Source of the DNA: a bacterium
GTDB taxonomy: Bacteria; Zhuqueibacterota; QNDG01; JAGLOF01
DNA: 64,000 nt
Direction of reading: 5' to 3'
Assembly: GCA_023139105.1 (NCBI GenBank)
Contig: JAGLOF010000052.1
Coordinates: 13,825 to 77,824 of the forward strand
Notes under the pieces: model-generated
What the model was told of the DNA's origin: nothing
Database searches by the model: none
The model's input: only the letters and a program-made list of their open reading frames with translations
In this document: piece after piece, positions 54,675 to 62,928 of the stretch
How positions within the stretch are numbered: the stretch's first letter is position 1
How the letters are laid out: each line of letters begins with the position of its first letter
Program-made: the position numbers and the translations under genes

Positions 54675-55664
54675 ATGAGTAAAAAAGTATTCGTCACCGG
54701 CGCCACCGGATTCACCGGCGGCCATCTGGCCCGGCATTTAAAGGCAAAAGGTAATGATGTGATCGCCCTGGCGCGTGAGGGGAAAGACACCTCGGCGTTA
54801 GAGGCAGCTGGCATCGCCATCGCTCGCGGTGATCTGCTGAACGCGGACTCCCTGGCCCGGGCCGTGAAGGGTGTGGAGATTGTCTATCACATCGCAGCTG
54901 TTTACCGAGAGGAGAATATTCCCCGGCAGACCTTTTTCGATGTCAACGTAGAAGGCACGCGTCATTTACTCAAAGCTGCCAAGGCTGCGGGTGTACAGCG
55001 TTTCGTCCATTGTTCCACTGTCGGCGTACAGGGCGAGATCAGCAATCCGCCTGCTACGGAAGAGCATCCTTTCAAGCCGGGTGACTACTATCAGGAATCC
55101 AAGTTGCAGGGCGAATTGCTGGCGTTGGACTTTTTTAAAAAAGAAAATATGTCAGGTGCTGTATTCCGTCCGGTTGGTATTTACGGCCCCGGTGATACGC
55201 GCTTCCTGAAGCTGTTCAAATTTATCGGTTCAGGGAAATTCCGCATGTTCGGTTCCGGTGAGAAACTCTACCATCTGACCTATATCGATGACCTTGTCGA
55301 AGGTATACGGCTCATGGGCGAGACGCCCTCCATTGAGGGTGAGGTCATCACCCTGGCCGGCGGGCGTTACACCACCTTGAACGAATTGGCTCAGACCATC
55401 GCCGATGTGCTGGAGGTGAAGCTATCGGGCATGCACATTCCAGTGTGGCCGGTGCTCATCGCCGGGGCTGTCTGCGAGACGGTCTGCCGTCCCTTCAAGA
55501 TCGACCCGCCCATCTATCGGCGGCGTGTCGACTTTTTTACCAAGGACAGGGCATTTGTCATCGACAAGGCAAAGAGGTTGTTGAATTATAATCCGCAGGT
55601 GGATTTGAAAGAAGGTCTGTCAAAAACGGCGGATTGGTATAAATCTGAGGATTTGATTTCGTGA
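54675..55664 (+). CDS. NAD(P)-dependent SDR epimerase/dehydratase/reductase
   Basis: VFVTGATGFTGGHL, HCSTVGV, YYQESK (YxxxK). Confidence 0.85.
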   Translation: MSKKVFVTGATGFTGGHLARHLKAKGNDVIALAREGKDTSALEAAGIAIARGDLLNADSLARAVKGVEIVYHIAAVYREENIPRQTFFDVNVEGTRHLLKAAKAAGVQRFVHCSTVGVQGEISNPPATEEHPFKPGDYYQESKLQGELLALDFFKKENMSGAVFRPVGIYGPGDTRFLKLFKFIGSGKFRMFGSGEKLYHLTYIDDLVEGIRLMGETPSIEGEVITLAGGRYTTLNELAQTIADVLEVKLSGMHIPVWPVLIAGAVCETVCRPFKIDPPIYRRRVDFFTKDRAFVIDKAKRLLNYNPQVDLKEGLSKTADWYKSEDLIS

Positions 55665-57442
55665 AGCGTCGCGAAGCCAAAGAAGAGACCATCGAGATTC
55701 AGAAAACGGTCGGCGGGTCCGGCGGCAAGCTGGGCAAATACATGGACCTGATTCTGGGCCGGCGTAGCCTGTTGGGCCTCATGAAATTTGAGATGGTCAT
55801 AGGTGTTCTGGGCGATATGCCCGGCGCTGTCGGAATATTGCTTCGCAGCAAAGTCTATCGTAACATGTTGGGTAAAGTGGGCCGCAATGTGACCTTTGGC
55901 AAGGGCGTGACGATCCGCCATCCGCATAAGATTTTCATCGGTGATGACGTGATTATCGATGACGGTGTGCTGCTGGACGCCAAGGGGCAGGACAACCGCG
56001 GCATCTGGCTGGGCGACGGCGTGTTCGTTGGAAAAAGCACTATTCTGAACTGTAAGAACGGCGATATTATTCTGGAGGACAGGGTCAACCTCTCCAGTTA
56101 TGTGCATATTTTTTCGGCCAGCCTGGTCCGAGTCGGCGAGGCCGAACTTGTCGCATCCTTTGTTTATCTGGTGGGCGGCACACACAAGTTTGATGATCCC
56201 AATGTGCCTGTGCTTGATCAAGGACGTGAGTCCCGGGGCATACGCATAGGGCCGGGAGGCTGGCTGGGTGCTCATGTCACTGTGTTCGACGGTGTGGATA
56301 TCGGTGCCCATGCGATCATCGCGGCCAACTCTCCGGTGAGCCGACGTATTCCCAAGTTCGCAGTGGCCGGAGGCAGTCCTATCGAAATTATAAATCGTAG
56401 AAAAGGTGAATTACCGGAAGTCGAGACACCGCCGGTGTGCATCGCCCTGATCTGTTATAATTGTAAAGATCGGCTGAAGGCTTCTTTGGATTCGGTCATG
56501 GCATTGAGCTATCCGGCAGTAGCTGAAGTTATGGTAGTCGACAATGCGTCTACGGACGACACAGCGGCGTGGGTCGAGGAAAACTATCCGGAAGTGCGGT
56601 TTGTTCGCATGGCTGAGAACAATGGCCCCAACCCTGCACGCAATTGCGCTGTGGCCGAATCGACCACTGAGCTTGTGCTCCTGCTGGACGGCGACATCGT
56701 TTTAAAAGAAAATATGCTTGATGAGTTGACGTCGGCATGGAACAAGTTTGAGGATGCAGGTGTATTGTGGCCGCAGATCCGGGGTCTGGAAGACCATTCG
56801 GTATTGCAGTATAACGGCACCCATGTGCAGTTCATAGGCGCAGGGATTATGCATCAGGGCGGATGGGAAAAACCGGAGGTAGTCGAAGCAGGACCGGGCG
56901 GCGCACTGTTGGTGAGTAAGGAGAAGACTCAGCATATCGGCGGTTTTGATGAAGACTTCCTCTTCGGCTGGGAAGATGGTGATTACAGTTTCCGCATGAC
57001 GGCGGCGGGTTTCACCTGCGCCATCGTGCCCCGTGCCCATGTCTACCATCCCCAGGAGAAGAAGGGCTTCCGCTGGGTGGATTATCAGGTGCGCAACCGT
57101 TGGTGGTTCGTTTTAAAGAATTATCACTGGTGGACGCTCATCGTCCTGATGCCGGCTTTTTTGCTCTATCAACTGGCGATTACATTTTTCTTCGCCCTGA
57201 AAGGCCAGTTGGGCGCGTGCCTCCGAGGCGGGTGGTGGGTGATCACTTCGTTGCCGTCGATCTTGAAAAAACGGAAAAGGGTTCAGGCGGTCAAGGTTCG
57301 CCGCGACCGGTCGTTGCTCTCGGGCAGAGGATCAGATATGCTGGGACAGGCGGGAGCGTCGGCAATTGTCCGCCTGGGTATGAAGATAATGAATGGGTTT
57401 TTTAGTCTGTACTGGTTTATTGCCAGATGGCTGGTGAGATAA
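55661..57442 (+). CDS. Fusion protein: left-handed beta-helix (hexapeptide) acyltransferase, GT2 glycosyltransferase and a C-terminal membrane anchor
   Basis: 593 aa. Residues about 60-240 carry hexapeptide repeats (GRNVTFGKGVTIRHP..., IGDDVIIDDGVLL, GAHVTVFDGVDIGAHAIIAA). Residues about 255-480 are GT2 (CIALICYNCKD..., VVDNASTDDT, LLLDGD, FGWEDGDYSFRM). Two or three TM helices follow. Confidence 0.85.
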   Translation: MKRREAKEETIEIQKTVGGSGGKLGKYMDLILGRRSLLGLMKFEMVIGVLGDMPGAVGILLRSKVYRNMLGKVGRNVTFGKGVTIRHPHKIFIGDDVIIDDGVLLDAKGQDNRGIWLGDGVFVGKSTILNCKNGDIILEDRVNLSSYVHIFSASLVRVGEAELVASFVYLVGGTHKFDDPNVPVLDQGRESRGIRIGPGGWLGAHVTVFDGVDIGAHAIIAANSPVSRRIPKFAVAGGSPIEIINRRKGELPEVETPPVCIALICYNCKDRLKASLDSVMALSYPAVAEVMVVDNASTDDTAAWVEENYPEVRFVRMAENNGPNPARNCAVAESTTELVLLLDGDIVLKENMLDELTSAWNKFEDAGVLWPQIRGLEDHSVLQYNGTHVQFIGAGIMHQGGWEKPEVVEAGPGGALLVSKEKTQHIGGFDEDFLFGWEDGDYSFRMTAAGFTCAIVPRAHVYHPQEKKGFRWVDYQVRNRWWFVLKNYHWWTLIVLMPAFLLYQLAITFFFALKGQLGACLRGGWWVITSLPSILKKRKRVQAVKVRRDRSLLSGRGSDMLGQAGASAIVRLGMKIMNGFFSLYWFIARWLVR

Positions 57443-57444
57443 GT

Positions 57445-58605
57445 ATGGCAGAGAATAAAGACAAAAAAATAAATATTGCCGCTCTGATTTCCAGCATGAA
57501 CATAGGTGGATATGAAGTAAAGCTGGATTTGTTGGCAAGGCATCTGGATCGTGAACGTTTTAAGTTAACGGTGATACTGGTGTATCCGGATTACAAGGCA
57601 GAGGCGCGTCATCGGGATGTCATGGAAGCGCATCGCCAATTTTTTCAGTGGGATGGTGTAGAAACAGTGGCCTTGCCCATGAAGGGTAGGTTTGATATCC
57701 GACTTGTCGGACAAATCGCCCAGGTTCTAAAAGATTATTCTGTGGATGTCCTCTACTTTATGGCTATGGGAGCCGGGACTTTTTTGGGACCCTTGGCCGG
57801 ACGTCGCGGCGGGGTGAAACGGATCATTCGTGCATCGGATACCATCGTCAAGGGCATGTATCCGGCCCCATTGAAAATGTTGGATCGATACTTTCTTCAT
57901 AAAGTTGATTGTGTTCAGGTGCCTTCGGATTTTTTGAGAAGACTAATGATGCGGGAGTTGAAAATTCCTGAACATAGTTTTTCAGTTGTGCCTAACGGGA
58001 TTGATTTAAATAAATTTGGGCAGATTACTGATACGGCATCAATCAGAGAAGAACTACAATTGTCTCCGGATTCAAAATGTGTTGGAATTATAGCAAATCT
58101 CAATGAGGTAAAAGATCATCGAGTTTTGATATCGGCTGTTCCTGATGTGCTAAAAAAATGTCCAAATACGTATTTTTTAATTATTGGTGAAGGACCGCTC
58201 AGGGAACCCTTGGAACAGATGAGCTCTGATTTAGGGATTGCGGATAATGTTAAGTTTCTGGGTTTTCGTTCCGATATTGAGAAGATTACATCATTACTTA
58301 ACATTGGCCTTTCATGTTCAAAAGTTGAGACATTGGGAATATCCCTTATGGAAATGATGGCAGCCGGAATACCAATTATTGCACCTCCGGTAGGTGGTAT
58401 ACCTGAGTTTTTAACAGATCAGGAAACGGGTATTTTTGTTAAACAGGGAGATTCAAAACAACTTTCGGAAGCAATTATACTGTTGTTGAGCAATACTGTT
58501 CTTGCAGGCCGGTATGGAGATAATGCCAGAAAGTTGATGTTTAGCAAGTATTCAGGTAGTAATATGGTTGCAAAAATAGAAGAAGTGTTTGAAATTAATG
58601 AATAG
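57445..58605 (+). CDS. Glycosyltransferase family 4
   Basis: NIAALISSMNIGGYE N-terminus and CSKVETLGISLMEMMAAGIPIIAPPVGGIPE motif. ATG 57445 lies 3 nt after the upstream stop. The longest ORF starts at 57427. Confidence 0.85.
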   Translation: MAENKDKKINIAALISSMNIGGYEVKLDLLARHLDRERFKLTVILVYPDYKAEARHRDVMEAHRQFFQWDGVETVALPMKGRFDIRLVGQIAQVLKDYSVDVLYFMAMGAGTFLGPLAGRRGGVKRIIRASDTIVKGMYPAPLKMLDRYFLHKVDCVQVPSDFLRRLMMRELKIPEHSFSVVPNGIDLNKFGQITDTASIREELQLSPDSKCVGIIANLNEVKDHRVLISAVPDVLKKCPNTYFLIIGEGPLREPLEQMSSDLGIADNVKFLGFRSDIEKITSLLNIGLSCSKVETLGISLMEMMAAGIPIIAPPVGGIPEFLTDQETGIFVKQGDSKQLSEAIILLLSNTVLAGRYGDNARKLMFSKYSGSNMVAKIEEVFEINE

Positions 58606-60100
58606 CACTAATAAAAATATTAAAGTAGCTTCAAGTGAAAAGATTGTTGGAAATACTTTTTTCAGTACGCTCTCTGAATTAAGCTTGCTGATGACATCGG
58701 TTTTTTTTATTATGGCGGCTCGTTATTTGGGTGTTGTGGAGTATGGAAAATTCAGTACTGCAATAGGTTTTGTGAGTCTTTTTACAATATTGGTTCTATT
58801 TGGTTTTACTTATTCTATTACTAAAATTATAGTTCGGCATCATGAAAAGGCCGGCATATATGTAGGGCATGCTTTATATATTCAATTGTTATTTGCGATT
58901 TTCTGTTTTGGTCTATGTATGGGGGCTGCATATCTTTTAAAAGGGCGTTATTCAGACGAAATTCGCCTGCTTATGGCTTTGGTTTTTTGTGCTGAAACTC
59001 TTCGCTGTTTGGGGCTGGTGTTGCGTGCTTCTGTTAAGGCACTGGGACATTTTCATTATGATACACTTGCTGTGAATGCCGAGCGCCTGTTTTTGTTATT
59101 AGTTGGTATTCCGGTGCTGATATTGAAAAGGGATATATTTTTTGTAGCCGCTATACTTGCTCTGTCCAGATTGATCAGTGTATTAATTTTAATGTACACA
59201 CTTAAACGTGCTGGTCATCGTATTTTAATAAGACCACAATTGAACATTGGTATTGAATTGATCCGTGGATCGACTATCTATGTTGTTCAATCGGCATTTT
59301 GGCGTGTATATGACCATATTGATGTTGTCATGTTATCATTAATGGGGTCTTTTGCTCAAGTCGGCTTGTATAAGGCAGGACGTCAGATTTTAGAGGGACT
59401 TTGGTTTATTCCCAATATACTCACAGAAGTAACCTATCCTGAGATGGCTGCGCGACATCTGGTCTCGAGTGAACGTGTTTTTACGCTTTTTGATAAAGTG
59501 TTCAAATATATGTTGATTATGGGTGTGATGGTTACTATTGGAACTATAATTATTGCTAAACCGCTTGTGAATCTTATCTATGGCGATGGTTATGAGAAGA
59601 CAACAATCATTCTTATACTGTTGGGTATAACTATTATACCGTCATATTTACGTTATATGTTTGGTAATACACTTGTTGCCATTGACTTACAAAAAAGGGA
59701 GATGGCAATATCTGTCAGCCGTAGTGGATTTAATGCGATAGCTAATCTGGCATTGATTCCTTTTTGGGGAGTTATCGGTGCAACAATTGCTACTGTAGCA
59801 ACTGATTACTTTGCTATAATTTTTTATGTGCGGGTTTTAATAGAGAAAAAATTATTGCGAAAATCGCAATGGCAGTTTATTTATAAACCCTTTGTTGCAG
59901 CTGCAGCTTGCGTCCCTATATACTTGGGGATACAGGGATTGCATGGATTTACGCAATTTGTCATTATTATTCCAGCATACATATTATTTATATTTTTACT
60001 TCGTGTATTTAATATGCATGAGTTAAATCTTTTCCAGCAGATAACAATCTCAAGGCTGCCGTGGCTGAGATTAGTGCAAATTCAGAAAAAGGCGGATTAA
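58598..60100 (+). CDS. Polysaccharide flippase (Wzx-like, MOP superfamily)
   Basis: About 500 aa with about 12-14 TM helices. The N-terminus GNTFFSTLSELSLLMTSVFFIMAARYLG is typical of Polysacc_synt proteins. The start is ATG 58598 or TTG 58589. Confidence 0.78.
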   Translation: MNSTNKNIKVASSEKIVGNTFFSTLSELSLLMTSVFFIMAARYLGVVEYGKFSTAIGFVSLFTILVLFGFTYSITKIIVRHHEKAGIYVGHALYIQLLFAIFCFGLCMGAAYLLKGRYSDEIRLLMALVFCAETLRCLGLVLRASVKALGHFHYDTLAVNAERLFLLLVGIPVLILKRDIFFVAAILALSRLISVLILMYTLKRAGHRILIRPQLNIGIELIRGSTIYVVQSAFWRVYDHIDVVMLSLMGSFAQVGLYKAGRQILEGLWFIPNILTEVTYPEMAARHLVSSERVFTLFDKVFKYMLIMGVMVTIGTIIIAKPLVNLIYGDGYEKTTIILILLGITIIPSYLRYMFGNTLVAIDLQKREMAISVSRSGFNAIANLALIPFWGVIGATIATVATDYFAIIFYVRVLIEKKLLRKSQWQFIYKPFVAAAACVPIYLGIQGLHGFTQFVIIIPAYILFIFLLRVFNMHELNLFQQITISRLPWLRLVQIQKKAD

Positions 60101-60233
60101 GAATAGGATATATGCAGGGATGGTTTGTTAATTGAGATACAATTATTTGAATAATGGCGACATCATCCTTTGGCGGGTTGAGGAGAATTTAATTTTAGTT
60201 TCCATTTCTAATAGTTTGAGGAGATTATAAAAA

Positions 60234-61019
60234 ATGAGTGGATGGAGAACAAGGTGGACATTGGGTGAATTGAGTGATTTTATTGCTCACAATCATCATA
60301 AAGAGGTTTTGAAATTTCCGTGGGCATACCCTAAAGCCATAATCACCAAGTTTTTGCCAGGTTTATATAAGAAGCCTGTCAACTTTACGTTGGTAGATGG
60401 CAGTATTTGTCAGATTCATGAGTTCATGTCGTTGTATATTTATAAAGAAATTTTTGTGGAAAAGTGTTACGATGTAGAGCTTCCGGATGTGGAGGAACCT
60501 GTAATTATTGATGTAGGATCAAATACGGGGTTATTCACATTGCGGGCAAAACAATTATGGCCAAAAGCTCAGGTGTTTTGCTTTGAGCCATTCCCGCCAA
60601 ATTATGAAAAGTTGCAGCAAACTATAGAGATTAATCATTTAGAAAATATTCAACATTTTCAAAAAGGAGTGGGCGGAAGAGATCGGACTGCATCTCTAAA
60701 TATCCATTCCAATAATATAGGTGGTCATAGCATATACGATATCTCCTACACTGATAAAGCAATAGATATTGAGATCATAGATTTTAAATCTGTATTGGAG
60801 ATGACTCCTGAAAAAAAATGTGATTTATTGAAATTGGATTGTGAAGGTGCAGAAATTGAAATAATAGAATCGATTGATGCTAGTATGGCCCTACGGATTC
60901 CGCGAATTCTATTTGAATCTGTTGAAGGTCCGGATTTTGATCGTGTAATGGTTCATTTAACTGAATTAGGATATGTAACCGAAAATAGAGGTGAGGTTTG
61001 GTTTAGTGTTCTTAAGTAA
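60234..61019 (+). CDS. FkbM family methyltransferase
   Basis: 261 aa. IIDVGSNTGLFTLRAKQLWPKAQVFCFEPFPPNYEKL and LLKLDCEGAEIEII. Confidence 0.85.
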   Translation: MSGWRTRWTLGELSDFIAHNHHKEVLKFPWAYPKAIITKFLPGLYKKPVNFTLVDGSICQIHEFMSLYIYKEIFVEKCYDVELPDVEEPVIIDVGSNTGLFTLRAKQLWPKAQVFCFEPFPPNYEKLQQTIEINHLENIQHFQKGVGGRDRTASLNIHSNNIGGHSIYDISYTDKAIDIEIIDFKSVLEMTPEKKCDLLKLDCEGAEIEIIESIDASMALRIPRILFESVEGPDFDRVMVHLTELGYVTENRGEVWFSVLK

Positions 61020-61107
61020 TGATAAGATGAGCTGCTGCCGTGTTTAAGGTCAATTTAAATTTGCTCGATAAAATAAGCGGTGTCAAGATGTATGAAAGAG
61101 GTTTAGA

Positions 61108-61335
61108 GTGCAAGAAAAATTAAAAGGTCAATTGAGACAATTTTTTATTGAAAATCAGGATCATACACCGGCAGATGATGAAAATCTTTTTGATTCCGGT
61201 CTGCTGGATTCATTCGGAATAGTTGAGTTTCTCACTTATATCGAGACTGAAACAGGTAATGAGTTGGATATTGAGGAGATAACAGAGGAAAATTTCTCAA
61301 CAATTAATTCCATAGCTGAATTGCTTGTTAAGTAA
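61108..61335 (+). CDS. Acyl/peptidyl carrier protein
   Basis: 75 aa with a GTG start. The LLDSFGIVEF phosphopantetheine-attachment Ser context (DSxG/L) sits in an acidic helical protein. Confidence 0.75.
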   Translation: MQEKLKGQLRQFFIENQDHTPADDENLFDSGLLDSFGIVEFLTYIETETGNELDIEEITEENFSTINSIAELLVK

Positions 61336-61353
61336 AATACAGGGAATGATTAG

Positions 61354-62928
61354 ATGACTCCGGAGATAATTCCACATTTACTTGAGAGTTGCTGCCAATC
61401 TGTGCCGGACAAGATATGTCTGAAGGAGAAGGATCAGACTCTTACTTTCAGCCAATTGCGCATGCGCGCCATGGGAATAGCAGGCGCGTTACTGCAAATG
61501 GGTGTCACGTCCGGTGATCACATTGGCGTAGTAATGGATAAGTCAATGGATCAGGTTGTGGCTCTCATGGGAGTATATTATGCAGGCGCAGTGCTTGTGC
61601 TAATTAATCCAATACTGTCATCTGAACAGATCATCTATATTTTAAATGATTGTGAAATTAAAACAGTTGTTGGTACTAATCTACGTTTAAAGAAGCTTGA
61701 GCAAGTTTTTTCTGCTTGTAAAGTTGAACGAATTCTGATCTTTGATGCTGATGGAGATAATAGTTACGGTGCAGTGAGGGCGTTTGATGGGAATTATGAA
61801 TCATTACCGGTTATAGAGACCCTGCCGTCCGGAATATCTGATGATACTGCTCATATAATCTATACATCAGGGTCTACGGGTATGCCCAAGGGCATTGTGA
61901 TCTCGCATCGTAATGTCATTGAAGGAGCTGGAATTGTCAGTCAATATACGGGGCTTCGGAAAGATGACCGCATGATGGGAACATTGCCATTTAATTTTGA
62001 TTATGGATTTAATCAATTCTTTAATATGCTTCATATGCAGGCTACTCTGGTGCTTCACCGGTTTTTTATGCCGAATGATCTATTGAAGGTTCTTGATAAG
62101 GAGAAGATAACGGTATTTGCCGGCATGACGCCGATATGGGCAAAATTATTTAATCCGAAGTTGACAAAAGTTACCTCGGAATACGATCTTTCTCATATCA
62201 GGGTCATTACAAATACCGGTGGTAAGGTACCTGTTACCATTGTCAGAAAACTAGAAGCACTGTTCACAAATGCTCAAATTTATCTTATGTATGGATTGAC
62301 AGAGGCTTTCCGTTCAACATATCTGCATCCCGATGAAATCCAACAGAGACCGGAATCCATTGGCAAGGCTGTGCCTAATGTGGATGTAATGGTGATCAAT
62401 GATGACGGCAGAGAGTGCGAGCCGGATGAAGAGGGTGAATTGATTCACAGGGGTGCACTTATTTCAAAAGGTTATTGGAATAATCCTGAAAAAACCGCTG
62501 AAGTATTCAGGCCGAATCCATTGTTAAGCAATACAAATCTGCATCTGGAAACGGTTGTTTATTCCGGTGATATAGTGCGCAGAGATGAGCAGGGGTATTT
62601 ATATTATGTTGGCCGGAAAGACCATATGATCAAGACCAAGGGATATAGGGTCAGTCCTTCCGAGGTAGAAGAATTATTGTCACAAATTGATGGTATAAAT
62701 CAATGTGTTGCAGTCGGTTATGAAGGTGAGGATGATAATTGTCTACGCGTGTTTGTTCAGATGACCGGGGGCGACTTAACACCGGTTAAAATATTGAAGT
62801 ATTGCCGGGCAAATGGCCCTTTCTATCTTGTCCCTGATGACGTGGTAGTTCTGGAGCAATTTCCCCTTACACCCAACGGAAAGATTGATAGGAATAAAAT
62901 ATTGATGGAGTACAAAGCTCATGAATAA
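61354..62928 (+). CDS. AMP-forming adenylating enzyme (acyl/aminoacyl-carrier-protein ligase)
   Basis: 524 aa. IIYTSGSTGMPKGIVISHRN (A3 core), YGLTEA, YSGDIVRRDEQGYLYYVGRKDHMIKTKGYRVSPSEVE, and NGKIDR. Confidence 0.9.
   Translation: MTPEIIPHLLESCCQSVPDKICLKEKDQTLTFSQLRMRAMGIAGALLQMGVTSGDHIGVVMDKSMDQVVALMGVYYAGAVLVLINPILSSEQIIYILNDCEIKTVVGTNLRLKKLEQVFSACKVERILIFDADGDNSYGAVRAFDGNYESLPVIETLPSGISDDTAHIIYTSGSTGMPKGIVISHRNVIEGAGIVSQYTGLRKDDRMMGTLPFNFDYGFNQFFNMLHMQATLVLHRFFMPNDLLKVLDKEKITVFAGMTPIWAKLFNPKLTKVTSEYDLSHIRVITNTGGKVPVTIVRKLEALFTNAQIYLMYGLTEAFRSTYLHPDEIQQRPESIGKAVPNVDVMVINDDGRECEPDEEGELIHRGALISKGYWNNPEKTAEVFRPNPLLSNTNLHLETVVYSGDIVRRDEQGYLYYVGRKDHMIKTKGYRVSPSEVEELLSQIDGINQCVAVGYEGEDDNCLRVFVQMTGGDLTPVKILKYCRANGPFYLVPDDVVVLEQFPLTPNGKIDRNKILMEYKAHE

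Noticed and set aside
48241-56311. Many long antisense or alternative-frame ORFs in the GC-rich block, for example 48241..48573(-), 48365..48730(-), 48999..49322(-), 53463..54032(-, 189 aa) and 55586..56311(-, 241 aa).
   Set aside because: Each lies entirely inside a sense-strand gene with strong family motifs (GT4, AsnB, GlpD-like, radical SAM, LbH-GT2). Their translations are low-complexity (Arg/Pro/Gly/Ala-rich) with no recognisable motifs. Stop-poor antisense frames are expected at high GC3 and opposite hexapeptide-repeat genes.
47793-57950. The GC-distinct block considered as a classical genomic island or mobile element.
   Set aside because: It has no integrase, transposase, tRNA gene or flanking direct repeats that I could see. 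Its genes are functionally integrated into the EPS operon on the same strand, and its composition resembles core genes elsewhere in the window. I report it as a compositional mosaic, not a mobile element.
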